Made by a program: the position numbers and the translations under genes
DNA from: a virus
Taxonomy: Duplodnaviria; Heunggongvirae; Uroviricota; Caudoviricetes
Reading direction: 5' to 3' (one strand)
Length of the DNA: 41,687 nt
Virus record (IMG/VR): IMGVR_UViG_2585427754_000009
Shown: piece after piece, positions 1 to 8,388 of the stretch
Position numbering within the stretch: position 1 is the first letter of the stretch
Layout of the letters: each line of letters opens with the position of its first letter
Notes under the pieces: generated by a model
What the model was told of the DNA's origin: nothing
Database searches by the model: none
What the model saw: the letters and a program-made list of their open reading frames with translations, nothing else

Positions 1-1164
1 TTACACATCATTAGTACCTTCCTTATTTTTTGACTGGGACAAATTTGGGACCGATGGGTTCAGGATCGAGTCTATTTGCCGTGCGTGTTCGGTAAGGTGA
101 TTAGGTGCAAGGTGAGCATATCGACGAACCATTTCGATAGACTCCCAGCCTCCCATTTCCTGTAACACTGACAACGGGACTCCGGCTTGAACCAGCCAAC
201 TTGCCCAGGTGTGTCTCAAGTCGTGAAATCTGAAATCATCAATACCAGCCCGTCTCAGCGCCGCTTTCCAGGCTGTGTTTGCGTCATACCGCATCTTCCT
301 TACTGTTGGCGCTTTCGTTCCGTCTGGTTTGGTACAGCTTTCCTTGTACACAAATACCCAACGGTGATGATTCCCGATTTGTTTTTTCAATACGCGACAT
401 GCAGTATCATTCAGCGCAACGCCAATTGCGCGGTTTGATTTACTCTCTTCCGGGTTTATCCATGCCACCCGGCGCTGCATATCTATTTGTTGCCATTCAA
501 GGTTGATGATGTTCGAGCGTCTTAAGCCTGTTGCCAGTGCAAATTCAACAACAGACTTTAATGGCTCCGGACATTCATCAATCAGCCTTTGTGCTTCATG
601 GGGCTCCAGCCAGCGGATCCGTTTATTCTTTGGTTGAGGCACTTTAATAATTGGTGCCTTATCCAGCATTTTCCATTCACGCTCTGCGGCTCTTAGTAGG
701 GCCTTTATAAATGAAAGATGCGTAGCCTTCGTTGCAACGGACGCTGGTTTTGGCGTGTATTCTGGAACAGGTTTCCCTTTTTTTCTGCATGCTTCTGCCC
801 TGAGTTTCCAGTTTTCCTCATGACGCCGGTTCGTCATTTTCTGCATTGCTGAATAAATTTTTGATTCAGTAATGTCTCTTAGTTGCATTCCTGCGAAATG
901 TTGAAGCCAGAATCCGATCCGGCTTTTGTCATCGTCCAGTGATTTTTTATGTGCTTTCTCTTCAAGCCACCTGACACACGCTTCCTCGAACGTTATATCA
1001 GGTATTTCACCAAGTTTGCTGACCCGCCATGCTTCAGCCTTTAGCTTGTCATGGAGTTCTGTCGCCTGCCTTTTGTCCTTTGTTCCAAGAGACTGTTTAA
1101 ATCTTTTACCGTTCGGCAATGTGAAACTGGCGTACCATATTTCACCTCTGCGGAAGAGTGACAT
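1..1164 (-). CDS. int: Tyrosine integrase, P22/SfV-type
   Basis: 387-aa ORF with stop at 1-3. N-terminus [14 protein letters not shown] and C-terminal HDLRHTWAS...MVRRYAHL (R-H-R-Y recombinase signature). Recognised from memory as P22-type Int. Last gene of the leftward operon; 5' end overlaps xis. Confidence 0.95.
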   Translation of the reverse strand: MSLFRRGEIWYASFTLPNGKRFKQSLGTKDKRQATELHDKLKAEAWRVSKLGEIPDITFEEACVRWLEEKAHKKSLDDDKSRIGFWLQHFAGMQLRDITESKIYSAMQKMTNRRHEENWKLRAEACRKKGKPVPEYTPKPASVATKATHLSFIKALLRAAEREWKMLDKAPIIKVPQPKNKRIRWLEPHEAQRLIDECPEPLKSVVEFALATGLRRSNIINLEWQQIDMQRRVAWINPEESKSNRAIGVALNDTACRVLKKQIGNHHRWVFVYKESCTKPDGTKAPTVRKMRYDANTAWKAALRRAGIDDFRFHDLRHTWASWLVQAGVPLSVLQEMGGWESIEMVRRYAHLAPNHLTEHARQIDSILNPSVPNLSQSKNKEGTNDV

Positions 1165-1391
1165 TTTCTTTCCTCTGTTATGCCATCACCCGCGCTCACC
1201 TGGACAGTATGCAGCGGAGACTGAAGAGCCGCAATGCAGGCTTGTCGTGTTGTGAGGTAAGGAGATTTATTCTTAGTGGGATCTTTGCGTGTTGCCTGAA
1301 GACGCCCTGTGCGTATCCAGTTAATGGCAGTCGGTCTGGATATCTTGAGAAAATGACAGGCCTCATCGAGTGTGAGGCTGTATGGCTCCAT
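1041..1391 (-). CDS. xis: Excisionase, P22 Xis-like (116 aa)
   Basis: Internal Met of ORF 1041..1475 gives [31 protein letters not shown] (HTH), matching P22 Xis from memory. ATG at 1389-1391 overlaps the stop of the upstream ORF (TAATG on coding strand). 124-bp out-of-frame overlap with int. Confidence 0.85.
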   Translation of the reverse strand: MEPYSLTLDEACHFLKISRPTAINWIRTGRLQATRKDPTKNKSPYLTTRQACIAALQSPLHTVQVSAGDGITEERKCHSSAEVKYGTPVSHCRTVKDLNSLLEQRTKGRRQNSMTS

Positions 1392-1696
1392 TATTTCACC
1401 TCTTGCTGTGACATTGTTGAAAAATGGATACCAGCTCGTTGCTGCCAGACGATCCAACCGAGAGTCATATCCCATGCCATGTATTCGTTATCGCCGTTTT
1501 TTGCTCTCCGACGATCTACTAAGTCACCGAAACGCTTTTCCATGAATAATTCATAAGCTTCGCGTTCATCTGGTTCTACTTCCAGAGATAGGAGTGCGAT
1601 TTCATAAGCACGGCGCTCAATATCGTCTCGCACGTCAAGGCTGCTGATACGCTCTTTAATTTCTTTAATCAGTTCTTTGTCGGTAAAAGTGGTCAT
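1391..1696 (-). CDS. Hypothetical early protein (YfdT-like, 101 aa)
   Basis: ORF translationally coupled to xis (TAATG) and to the upstream ORF (start at 1696 where that ORF ends). Size and position match the CPS-53 yfdT slot from memory. Confidence 0.7.
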   Translation of the reverse strand: MTTFTDKELIKEIKERISSLDVRDDIERRAYEIALLSLEVEPDEREAYELFMEKRFGDLVDRRRAKNGDNEYMAWDMTLGWIVWQQRAGIHFSTMSQQEVK

Positions 1697-2058
1697 TATG
1701 CTCCAGCCTCCGGTGCTTTTGGCATTACTGCCCAGTGAGTGATATTGACGTTTTCAAGGTCCCCGACCTGAAATGTCCACTGCCATTCTCCGGTTTCTTT
1801 TTGTCCCCAGGTGTACCAGAGAGAACGCCAGCCAATTAGCCAGCCTTCTCCGTTAGCATCGAATAACAAAACACTTTCATTTGCTGGTGGCAGTTCAGTT
1901 GACACTGGTATTACTTTGTTTTCCTGTGCTGCACATTTAGCTTCAAGCGCATCGAATTTACGCACCAGGTATTCAGCATCTGTTTCATTTACTTTCAGAT
2001 CTCGCGGTACACATCTCCCACGAAGAAACCCTTCCATTTCGAAAACATTCATGCGCAT
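1696..2058 (-). CDS. Hypothetical early protein (YfdS-like, 120 aa)
   Basis: ORF in the same leftward operon; overlaps the upstream HD-domain gene by 10 bp. Confidence 0.7.
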   Translation of the reverse strand: MRMNVFEMEGFLRGRCVPRDLKVNETDAEYLVRKFDALEAKCAAQENKVIPVSTELPPANESVLLFDANGEGWLIGWRSLWYTWGQKETGEWQWTFQVGDLENVNITHWAVMPKAPEAGA

Positions 2059-2585
2059 TTGCGTAACTCCGATAACTCGTTAAAGCGTTCCATAAACATC
2101 CCGTAGGCATGGCCCGGTGCCAGTGGAATCACGTTGAACATCTCTGTTGCCGGGATACCTTCCAGTACAGGCCAGAAAGAGCCATCATCAAGCCCGAGAT
2201 CGCGGCGTTCGGTTGCCAGCATGATGAGATCGGCATATTTCACGGGCGTACTCATAACTGGGGGTAACCCGTATTTCTCACGGATTACGGCGTCTATTTT
2301 TTCTTCCATTTGTTTATAGTCAGGAAGAAGGCGTTTCAGTGGTGCGGGAATGTCCTGGCAATACGCTTCTGTTGCATCATGCATTAACGCTTCAAAAGCA
2401 AATTCCTGCGGCACCAGCTGGCTGCAAAGAACCGCATGTTGGGCGACGCTGTAGAAGTGCGAAAGATGACCGGCAAAGCGACAGATATTTGAAAGGGAAA
2501 CCGCGATATCGTTAATATCGATGTCGTCTTTATTTATCCTGTCATAATAAAAATGCTTCCCGGAAAAAGTTTTAATAAATGACAT
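2049..2585 (-). CDS. HD-domain phosphohydrolase (YfdR-like 5'-deoxynucleotidase, 178 aa)
   Basis: Internal start MSFIKTFSG with GGAG 7 nt upstream (longer ORF reaches 2612). H..HD metal-binding motif (LMHDATEAY) and further His/Asp residues typical of the HD superfamily. Confidence 0.8.
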   Translation of the reverse strand: MSFIKTFSGKHFYYDRINKDDIDINDIAVSLSNICRFAGHLSHFYSVAQHAVLCSQLVPQEFAFEALMHDATEAYCQDIPAPLKRLLPDYKQMEEKIDAVIREKYGLPPVMSTPVKYADLIMLATERRDLGLDDGSFWPVLEGIPATEMFNVIPLAPGHAYGMFMERFNELSELRKCA

Positions 2586-2712
2586 TTTGTTCTCCACGTA
2601 TATGCGCTGCACCGCGCTGAATTCTGGTAAAAAGAATCCCTCACCATCCGGCGATTATTGAGTAAATTACGTTTCCATAAATGCCCCCGCAGGGGCATTT
2701 GCAGTAATGAAA

Positions 2713-3537
2713 TCAGGCGGTGAAAGTACCAATAAAGGTTTCTACTTTGCTGTCCTTGAATTTCTCAACAAGCAGATCACGAAATTCGTTAGCCATTTCT
2801 TCCTGCACCGCCTCCAGCTGAATAATGCGCAGAACCAGTACAGGACGATCGCCAGTGATAATACTGAGGCGTAATTTAAACGGACGTTCTTTCAGACCTT
2901 CAAACGGAACGCATTTAAATTCAAATGCCACTGGCATAATGTCTTTGGTCTTCGCTTCGACAGACTCCATCAGGGAGCGTTTGCCGCTGAAGTCATTATC
3001 TTCAAAATCAGCGGTCTGGTTTGCTTCAATCGTGATTTTACGGACAGCCGCAGCCGCTTTTGTTGCCTGAATAGCGTCACCATTAGCATCAAAGCCCACA
3101 AGATAGTCGGCCCAGTCTTCAATCCATTCTGCCAGTGACTTCTGGGAGTTACGCTCGCCGTTAACAGACAACAGAGCAGAGAACGGTGCTGTCTTTTTCA
3201 GTTTGAGTGTGGCGGTGTTATCTGCGTGACCTGGTTCATCAATAGTACCCAGGTTAAGCACACTGACGGCACGCATATTATCAGCATCGATAAAGCAGCG
3301 GGTGCCTTCATCTGCAAGATCTTTAGAATAACGGGTAAAGTCATCGATGCTGGCAGTGGAAAGCGCACCACGGAAACGGAAGCGATTTAAATTAAATTTT
3401 TCCAGATCATGAATGCGGAAATTCTCAGGCAATGCCACAGCATCGGCACCAATCTTACTGATAATTTCATTAACACCCTGAGCAGAAATAAGGGCATGGA
3501 TTTGATTAATTGCGGTTGCGTCTAAGTTCTGAGACAT
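2713..3537 (-). CDS. DUF2303 / YfdQ-like protein (274 aa)
   Basis: 274-aa ORF beginning [14 protein letters not shown]; recognised from memory as the YfdQ family of CPS-53-like prophages. Same leftward operon. Confidence 0.75.
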   Translation of the reverse strand: MSQNLDATAINQIHALISAQGVNEIISKIGADAVALPENFRIHDLEKFNLNRFRFRGALSTASIDDFTRYSKDLADEGTRCFIDADNMRAVSVLNLGTIDEPGHADNTATLKLKKTAPFSALLSVNGERNSQKSLAEWIEDWADYLVGFDANGDAIQATKAAAAVRKITIEANQTADFEDNDFSGKRSLMESVEAKTKDIMPVAFEFKCVPFEGLKERPFKLRLSIITGDRPVLVLRIIQLEAVQEEMANEFRDLLVEKFKDSKVETFIGTFTA

Positions 3538-3602
3538 AATAAGTCCTCACTATATAAAGATATTCAGTGATGAGATAAATAATCAGTTAATTAAAAACGA
3601 TA

Positions 3603-3965
3603 TTAACGACCTGCTGCGCGGAGTTTTCCGTCAGGTTCACCGGCAAGAGTCAGTAACTGTCCCTGGTCTTCCTGCAGAATAGTCAGGCGACCACCGCGAT
3701 TGACATACATCGGCGTTTCGGTGGTGTCTTCTTCGGAAATTTTCCCGCGGTTAGTCGGGCGAACATATGAGAGTTTGTGTTTGATTTTCACACGGTTCTC
3801 ATCAAATGGTTCGATTTCCAGGTTGAGTGAGACCTTACCTTTGGTTTTCGTGTTCATCACACCGGAAGCGACTTCACTGAGAACTGCGCCGATTTTGGTT
3901 TCAAATACGCCGCCGTCCAGCTCCCCGATAAATGCCTGCACATCAGTACTGCGTTCGCTAGCCAT
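3603..3965 (-). CDS. Hypothetical early protein (YfdP-like, 120 aa)
   Basis: Start chosen at MASERSTDVQ (ATG at 3963-3965) because AGGAG lies 9 nt upstream; the ORF-track start at 4214 lacks an RBS and runs into structured non-coding DNA. Confidence 0.7.
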   Translation of the reverse strand: MASERSTDVQAFIGELDGGVFETKIGAVLSEVASGVMNTKTKGKVSLNLEIEPFDENRVKIKHKLSYVRPTNRGKISEEDTTETPMYVNRGGRLTILQEDQGQLLTLAGEPDGKLRAAGR

Positions 3966-4433
3966 TTTGCTGCTCCTCATCATATCGACCCTGCAAGGCC
4001 GATTAGTTTCTCCACAAAACAGAGAAGAACACCTGCGGTGGCAGCCGCCCGGATGGATTGGGTTATGAGCCCGTCGTCCGGTGATGCTCTTCTCTGTTTT
4101 GTAAAAAGGACGGTACCAGCCGGAAGCAAGAGTACAAGCTGGTACCGCCAGGACTACACACAGCATAAAGTTGTGGTGCCGGGTGCCTCCCGGTGCCTGG
4201 CGAAGGTTGCACACCAGGCGGGTGGGTATCTACAGAAGGTCGACTGTCAGCCTCAACCTTAACCCGCGTGCGCTGAGCCGCATTCACCACAACGCTAAGA
4301 ATTCTCTCTGGTTGAAAATACTTAGCTGTTATGTGCCTGCTTTTAGCCACATCAGGCGAGGTGGACCTGGTTATTCCCCAACAACAAGGATTCGGTTAAT
4401 CTGGTTATCCCCAACAACGCAAAAGGAAAAGAA

Positions 4434-4868
4434 ATGTCCGGTAATATCTACACGCTGTACAAATCCCACTGTGAAAATGTTGGAAAGTATCGGGGCATTG
4501 AAATCAGTGGGGTAGTGTCATCAGTCGAAATAAGCAAAGTCGAATCAAGGGCAACATTACTTACTCTTCTGGACCTTGTCTTACATGAGCACCGGAAGAA
4601 ATTCGGCACTCCCTATAATCAGTTGAATGGGAAAAAGGCTCTGGTTCACCTTATTCTGATGAAGCATCACTGGATGCCAAAACAGATTAATGAGATGAAA
4701 TTTGATGAACTTCTTCTTTCAATTCAGGATGAACTCACACTTGATAAAATAAGCGTAACCGCCCAGAAATTTTTAGATTATCGAGACTGGAGATCACAAA
4801 TTCATCACTTTGATGATTTTGACGAAAATGAATGGGATCCTAATTTGTCTGCACAATATCTAAAGTAA
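4434..4868 (+). CDS. Hypothetical protein, 144 aa, no family recognised
   Basis: ORF with AAGGAAAAG Shine-Dalgarno-like sequence 5-13 nt upstream of the ATG. Opposite orientation to the surrounding leftward operon. Preceded by two 18-19-bp direct repeats. Confidence 0.5.
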   Translation: MSGNIYTLYKSHCENVGKYRGIEISGVVSSVEISKVESRATLLTLLDLVLHEHRKKFGTPYNQLNGKKALVHLILMKHHWMPKQINEMKFDELLLSIQDELTLDKISVTAQKFLDYRDWRSQIHHFDDFDENEWDPNLSAQYLK

Positions 4869-4983
4869 CATCCTGTGATAAAACCGTGATTTCCTGATCC
4901 AGTTTTTTTAAGGAGTCTATTATTTCCTGTCGATAAGACAGCACTTCACGAAGCTGGTTTATAGCTGCCAGCTTCTTTGCCAT
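4840..4983 (-). CDS. Small ORF (47 aa), possible remnant of a leftward-operon gene
   Basis: In the pre-insertion reading frame a stop lies 2 codons upstream of the IS target site, so only a 47-aa ATG-initiated ORF (MAKKLAAINQLREV...) is possible. Weak RBS. Confidence 0.25.
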   Translation of the reverse strand: MAKKLAAINQLREVLSYRQEIIDSLKKLDQEITVLSQDVTLDIVQTN

Positions 4984-5031
4984 CCACTCGTAAATTTCCT
5001 CATTTGTGTATCCGGGCGCGACGATTTTGGG

Positions 5032-5040
5032 TTCTGTTTT
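5032..5040. repeat. Target-site duplication (TTCTGTTTT), left copy
   Basis: Identical 9-mer at 6097-6105 directly flanks the other IS end. Confidence 0.9.
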
Positions 5041-6096
5041 GGCTTTGTTGAATAAATAAGATTTCGTGCGAACGACCCTGTAGCTGGCTGGATTTTCAGG
5101 CAATACGCACGCTTTCTGGCATCCCAGCCTTTGTCATCCTGTTCAACGCACGCACCATGGCCATAGCTTCCGCTACCTGACCATCGTAGTCACGCAGCGT
5201 CAGTGAATCTCCCAACAACTGCTTCATTCTGTACATTGCCGTTTCCGCTATCGAGCGACGGTTATATTCCGTTGTCCATTTCCACCGTGCATTGCTTCCG
5301 CTCAGCCGCTGATTAGCAACGGCACGGTTGCGGTCTGCGTACTCACCGGGCCAGTAACCTGCTCCTTTTCGGGGAGGAATAAGCGCGCTGATTTTTTTGC
5401 GGCGCAGTTCATCGTGACAGAGCCGGGTATCGTAAGCCCCGTCTGCCGCGGCTGCCCTGATTTTTCTGTGAGTCTGCCGGATAAGGCCCGGGAAGGCTTC
5501 TGAGTCCGTGACGTTATTCAGCGACAGGTCTGCACAGACAACTTCATGTGTGTTGCTGTCAACAGCAAGATGCAACTTTCGCCAGATACGACGGCGCTCT
5601 TTGCCGTGCTTTCTGACTTTCCATTCGCCTTCACCAAAGACCTTCAGCCCGGTGGAATCAATCACCAGGTGTGCGATTTCACCCCGGGTGGACGTTTTGA
5701 AACTGACATTAACCGACTTTGCCCGCTTACTGACACTGGTGTAATCCGGGCAGCGCAACGGAACGTTCATCAGGGCAAAAATGGAATCAATAAAACCCTG
5801 CGCAGCCCGCAGGGTCAGCCGGAATACGCGTTTAATCACCAGAACGGTGGTGATGGCGAGATCAGAATAGCGCTGGGGCCTTCCTCGTGATGAAGGCGTT
5901 GCCGACTCATACCAGGCCTGAATCGCTTCATCATCCAGCCAGAAAGTGAGGGAGCCACGGTTGATGAGAGCTTTGTTGTAGGTGGACCAGTTGGTGATTC
6001 TGAACTTTTGCTTTGCCACGGAATGGTCTGTGTTGTCGGGAGGATGCGTGATCTGATCCTTCAACTCAGCAAAAGTTCGATTTATTCAACAAAGCC
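5041..6096 (-). mobile_element. IS903-like insertion sequence (IS5 family), 1056 bp
   Basis: Terminal inverted repeats GGCTTTGTTGAATAAAT(A/C) at 5041-5058 and 6079-6096 (17 of 18 identical). Single transposase ORF. Flanked by a perfect 9-bp direct repeat. Confidence 0.92.
5096..6064 (-). CDS. IS903-family transposase
   Basis: 322-aa ORF ...QKFRITNWSTYNKALINRGSLTFWLDDEAIQAWY... recognised from memory as IS903/IS102 transposase (DDE). True start may be a few codons inside the ORF. Confidence 0.92.
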   Translation of the reverse strand: MKDQITHPPDNTDHSVAKQKFRITNWSTYNKALINRGSLTFWLDDEAIQAWYESATPSSRGRPQRYSDLAITTVLVIKRVFRLTLRAAQGFIDSIFALMNVPLRCPDYTSVSKRAKSVNVSFKTSTRGEIAHLVIDSTGLKVFGEGEWKVRKHGKERRRIWRKLHLAVDSNTHEVVCADLSLNNVTDSEAFPGLIRQTHRKIRAAAADGAYDTRLCHDELRRKKISALIPPRKGAGYWPGEYADRNRAVANQRLSGSNARWKWTTEYNRRSIAETAMYRMKQLLGDSLTLRDYDGQVAEAMAMVRALNRMTKAGMPESVRIA

Positions 6097-6105
6097 TTCT
6101 GTTTT
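6097..6105. repeat. Target-site duplication (TTCTGTTTT), right copy
   Basis: Identical to 5032-5040. Confidence 0.9.
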
Positions 6106-6359
6106 GTGCATTTCACACCTCCTCAAGTTATCAGTTACTTGTTGATGGGGACCAGATTGTTAAAGAGCTAAGCGTCCTGTAGGGCGCTTTTTTGTTGCTA
6201 ACGAATCATCCTGGACTTCATATGCCCCAGGCGGCTACTTCGTGGGCGTCCTGCCTGTTCGTTTTTGACATTTACTGACTGCTTACGACACATGCACCGT
6301 GTTGCAACCAGATTTTGTTGTAATCCTGTAGTTGGTCTGGAACAAAAGATAAAATTAAA

Positions 6360-6396
6360 TTGCTAGATATGCAAGTGATATTTGCGGGATATGCAA
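6360..6396. promoter_or_regulatory. Putative OL operators (two 15-bp sites)
   Basis: TTGCTAGATATGCAA (6360-6374) and TTGCGGGATATGCAA (6382-6396) match TTGCGTGATAAGCAA in the cI-cro intergenic region at 13 of 15 positions; TTGC...GCAA dyad. Confidence 0.5.
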
Positions 6397-6409
6397 ATTG
6401 ATAGGTAAT

Positions 6410-6430
6410 AAAAAGCCACCTTTCGGTGGC
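6410..6430 (-). terminator. Intrinsic terminator downstream of cI
   Basis: GCCACC-TTTC-GGTGGC hairpin (6415-6430); on the minus strand it is followed by a U5 run (A-run 6410-6414 on plus). Lies 20 bp after the cI stop. Confidence 0.6.
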
Positions 6431-6449
6431 CGATGGAAGGATATTGAGG

Positions 6450-7142
6450 TTAATTATGTCTCTTAAGGGTTTGCGACTGACTGATTAAGACCTTTCCAAA
6501 GACCATGAATCGGTGTTCGTTTTCGCTAGTAATTCCCCATTCACGGTAAATCTGGTTATCAGAAATCACCAGCAGTTTGTCAGGAATCATTTGAAGTCTT
6601 TTAACGTATATTTTGTCATCAAAACCAAAGACATATATACCATCACCATCAAACTGATTGATGCTGACATCAACGAAGATGAGATCTCCTGGCTCAATGG
6701 TTGGACACATACTGTCCCCACGAACGTTGATAACTTTGATGTGATTGGCTGGTCGTCCGCCGAACATTGATACAGCATTATCAGTTCTGTATTCGATGGC
6801 ATGAATCACATCAATGACATCACCGCCCTGGATAAGGCCATTTCCCGCACTGGCACTGATATCCAGCATTTCAATACGGAACACATCCTTCACCTGCGCA
6901 ACATCCTCATCATTACTGTTTTTATATACAGTATTACTTTTGTGGGCAGAGGTAAAGAGATCAGCAATATCAACACCTAAGCTCTTGGCAATATTACTCA
7001 GTGTTTGTTCGGTAAATTGTTTTTGCTTACCCGTTTCTAAGCGCGAGATGTTCGCCGCATCTACTCCTATTGCTTCAGCGAGATCGGCGATTTTCATGTT
7101 CTTCGCTTGGCGAAGTTGTCTGACTCGGTTTCCTATGTTCAT
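6450..7142 (-). CDS. cI: CI-type repressor (HTH_XRE + S24 LexA-like peptidase)
   Basis: N-terminal HTH (KIADLAEAIGVDAANISRLETGK), Ala-Gly cleavage site (SASAGNG), catalytic Ser (VRGDSMCPT) and Lys (VKRL). Divergent from cro. Confidence 0.9.
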   Translation of the reverse strand: MNIGNRVRQLRQAKNMKIADLAEAIGVDAANISRLETGKQKQFTEQTLSNIAKSLGVDIADLFTSAHKSNTVYKNSNDEDVAQVKDVFRIEMLDISASAGNGLIQGGDVIDVIHAIEYRTDNAVSMFGGRPANHIKVINVRGDSMCPTIEPGDLIFVDVSINQFDGDGIYVFGFDDKIYVKRLQMIPDKLLVISDNQIYREWGITSENEHRFMVFGKVLISQSQTLKRHN

Positions 7143-7162
7143 GCGTTTATTACATTTCTTTA

Positions 7163-7225
7163 TTGCGTGATAAGCAAATCAACTTGCGCAAAATAATTGC
7201 GTGAAATAACATGCATAACGCGCAA
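7163..7225. promoter_or_regulatory. OR operator region between cI and cro
   Basis: TTGCGTGATAAGCAA (7163-7177), palindrome TTGCGCAA (7184-7191), TTGCGTGA repeat (7197-7204), and a reverse-strand match TTGCGCGTTATGCAT (7211-7225). Sits between divergent cI and cro starts. Confidence 0.55.
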
Positions 7226-7239
7226 TATTTGGAGGGCGT

Positions 7240-7500
7240 ATGCAATCACCATTACGAAATGTGCGTAAGGCGCATGGTTTCACTTTGCAGCATGTTGCTG
7301 CGGGTGTTCAAGTCAATCCAGCGACGTTGAGTCGTATTGAGAGGCTGGAGCAGATTCCATCTATCGAGCTTGCAGAACGTTTAGCCAATTTTTTTAAGGG
7401 TGAAGTCAGCGAAATGCAGATTCTTTATCCGGCACGTTTTCAATCTAGCCAAAACCAGAATGGGTTTAAACCACAGGAACAGGAGGTGAACCGTGGGTAA
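7240..7500 (+). CDS. cro: Cro-like HTH_XRE regulator
   Basis: 86-aa ORF with HTH (FTLQHVAAGVQVNPATLSRIERLE); GGAGGG 4 nt upstream of the ATG; divergent from cI. Confidence 0.85.
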   Translation: MQSPLRNVRKAHGFTLQHVAAGVQVNPATLSRIERLEQIPSIELAERLANFFKGEVSEMQILYPARFQSSQNQNGFKPQEQEVNRG

Positions 7501-8044
7501 GCATCACTGGAAAGTAGAAAAACAGCCTGAGTGGTACGTGAAAGCTGTCAGAAAAACTATCGCAGCGTTGCCGGGGGGGTACGCTGAAGCTGCTGACTGG
7601 CTGGATGTAACAGAGCACGCATTATTTAACCGCCTTCGTGCCGATGGCGATCAGATTTTCCCGCTGGGATGGGCAATGATTTTGCAACGTGCTGGTGGAA
7701 CTCACTTCATTGCTGACGCTGTGGCGCAGTCTGCAAATGGCGTCTTTGTGTCTCTTCCTGATGTCGAGGATGTGGACAACGCCGATATCAACCAACGCCT
7801 GCTGGAAGTCATTGAACAGATCGGCAGTTATTCAAAACAGATTCGTTCAGCAATTGAAGACGGTGTAGTGGAACCGCATGAGAAGACAGCAATTAACGAT
7901 GAGCTGTACCTCTCAATTTCGAAGCTGCAGGAGCATGCAGCTCTGGTCTACAAAATCTTTTGCGTTTCAGAAAGTAGTGACGCCCGCGAGTGTGCAGCTC
8001 CGGGCGCCGTGGCGTGTCGTGACTGTGGAGAAACTAACGCATGA
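7493..8044 (+). CDS. CII-like regulatory protein (CP76 / YdaT-like family)
   Basis: GTG start with AGGAGGTGA RBS. 183-aa product [21 protein letters not shown]... recalled as the phage CII (CP76)/YdaT-like family found after cro-like genes. Confidence 0.6.
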   Translation: MGKHHWKVEKQPEWYVKAVRKTIAALPGGYAEAADWLDVTEHALFNRLRADGDQIFPLGWAMILQRAGGTHFIADAVAQSANGVFVSLPDVEDVDNADINQRLLEVIEQIGSYSKQIRSAIEDGVVEPHEKTAINDELYLSISKLQEHAALVYKIFCVSESSDARECAAPGAVACRDCGETNA

Positions 8045-8379
8045 ACAGTTTAACAACACACTACCGTCGCTCGCAACTGATTGCGCTTCCTGTACCGGGT
8101 GGAAAAGCGAAGGTGGAGTATTGCTATGCAGTAAATGTACCAGGTGACAGGGAAATTGTAACCCACAGCTTTGCAGAGTGGGCTGTGGGTGATTTCAACC
8201 GGCAGAAGGAGACAGTCCTTTGCGACAAGTTAACCGCTGGTTCAAAGATCACTACGGAGTGCCCGTCAGAGTCATTCGTTGGGAGCCGGAAACACAACGT
8301 GTTATCTACCTCCGCGAAGGCTATGAGCATGAGTGCTTCAGCCCGCTCGAACAGTTTCGTCGTAAATTCAGGGAAATAG
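8041..8379 (+). CDS. Hypothetical protein (112 aa)
   Basis: ATGA start/stop overlap with the upstream gene suggests translational coupling. No family recognised. Confidence 0.45.
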   Translation: MNSLTTHYRRSQLIALPVPGGKAKVEYCYAVNVPGDREIVTHSFAEWAVGDFNRQKETVLCDKLTAGSKITTECPSESFVGSRKHNVLSTSAKAMSMSASARSNSFVVNSGK

Positions 8380-8388
8380 AGGTCGGTC

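Noticed and set aside
2679-2700. Hairpin AAATGCCCC-cgca-GGGGCATTT as an intrinsic terminator between two leftward genes
   Set aside because: No U-run follows the stem on either strand; could be an RNA-stability or processing element, but not called as a terminator.
3966-4433. Retron msr-msd RNA
   Set aside because: Long inverted repeats are retron-like, but no reverse transcriptase gene is adjacent; the downstream ORF is 144 aa with no RT motifs.
4367-4434. Type III toxin-antitoxin RNA repeat array (ToxI-like)
   Set aside because: Only two copies, and only the first 18-19 nt of each 34-nt unit are conserved; no terminator between the repeats and the ORF; the ORF shows no ToxN-like features I can recognise. 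Kept as a regulatory-repeat observation instead.
4038-4515. Three overlapping ORFs (4038-4262 plus, 4063-4350 minus, 4171-4515 plus) in the structured region
   Set aside because: No RBS, mutually overlapping, low-complexity or Arg/Pro-rich translations typical of GC-rich non-coding DNA; the region is better explained as structured RNA or regulatory DNA.
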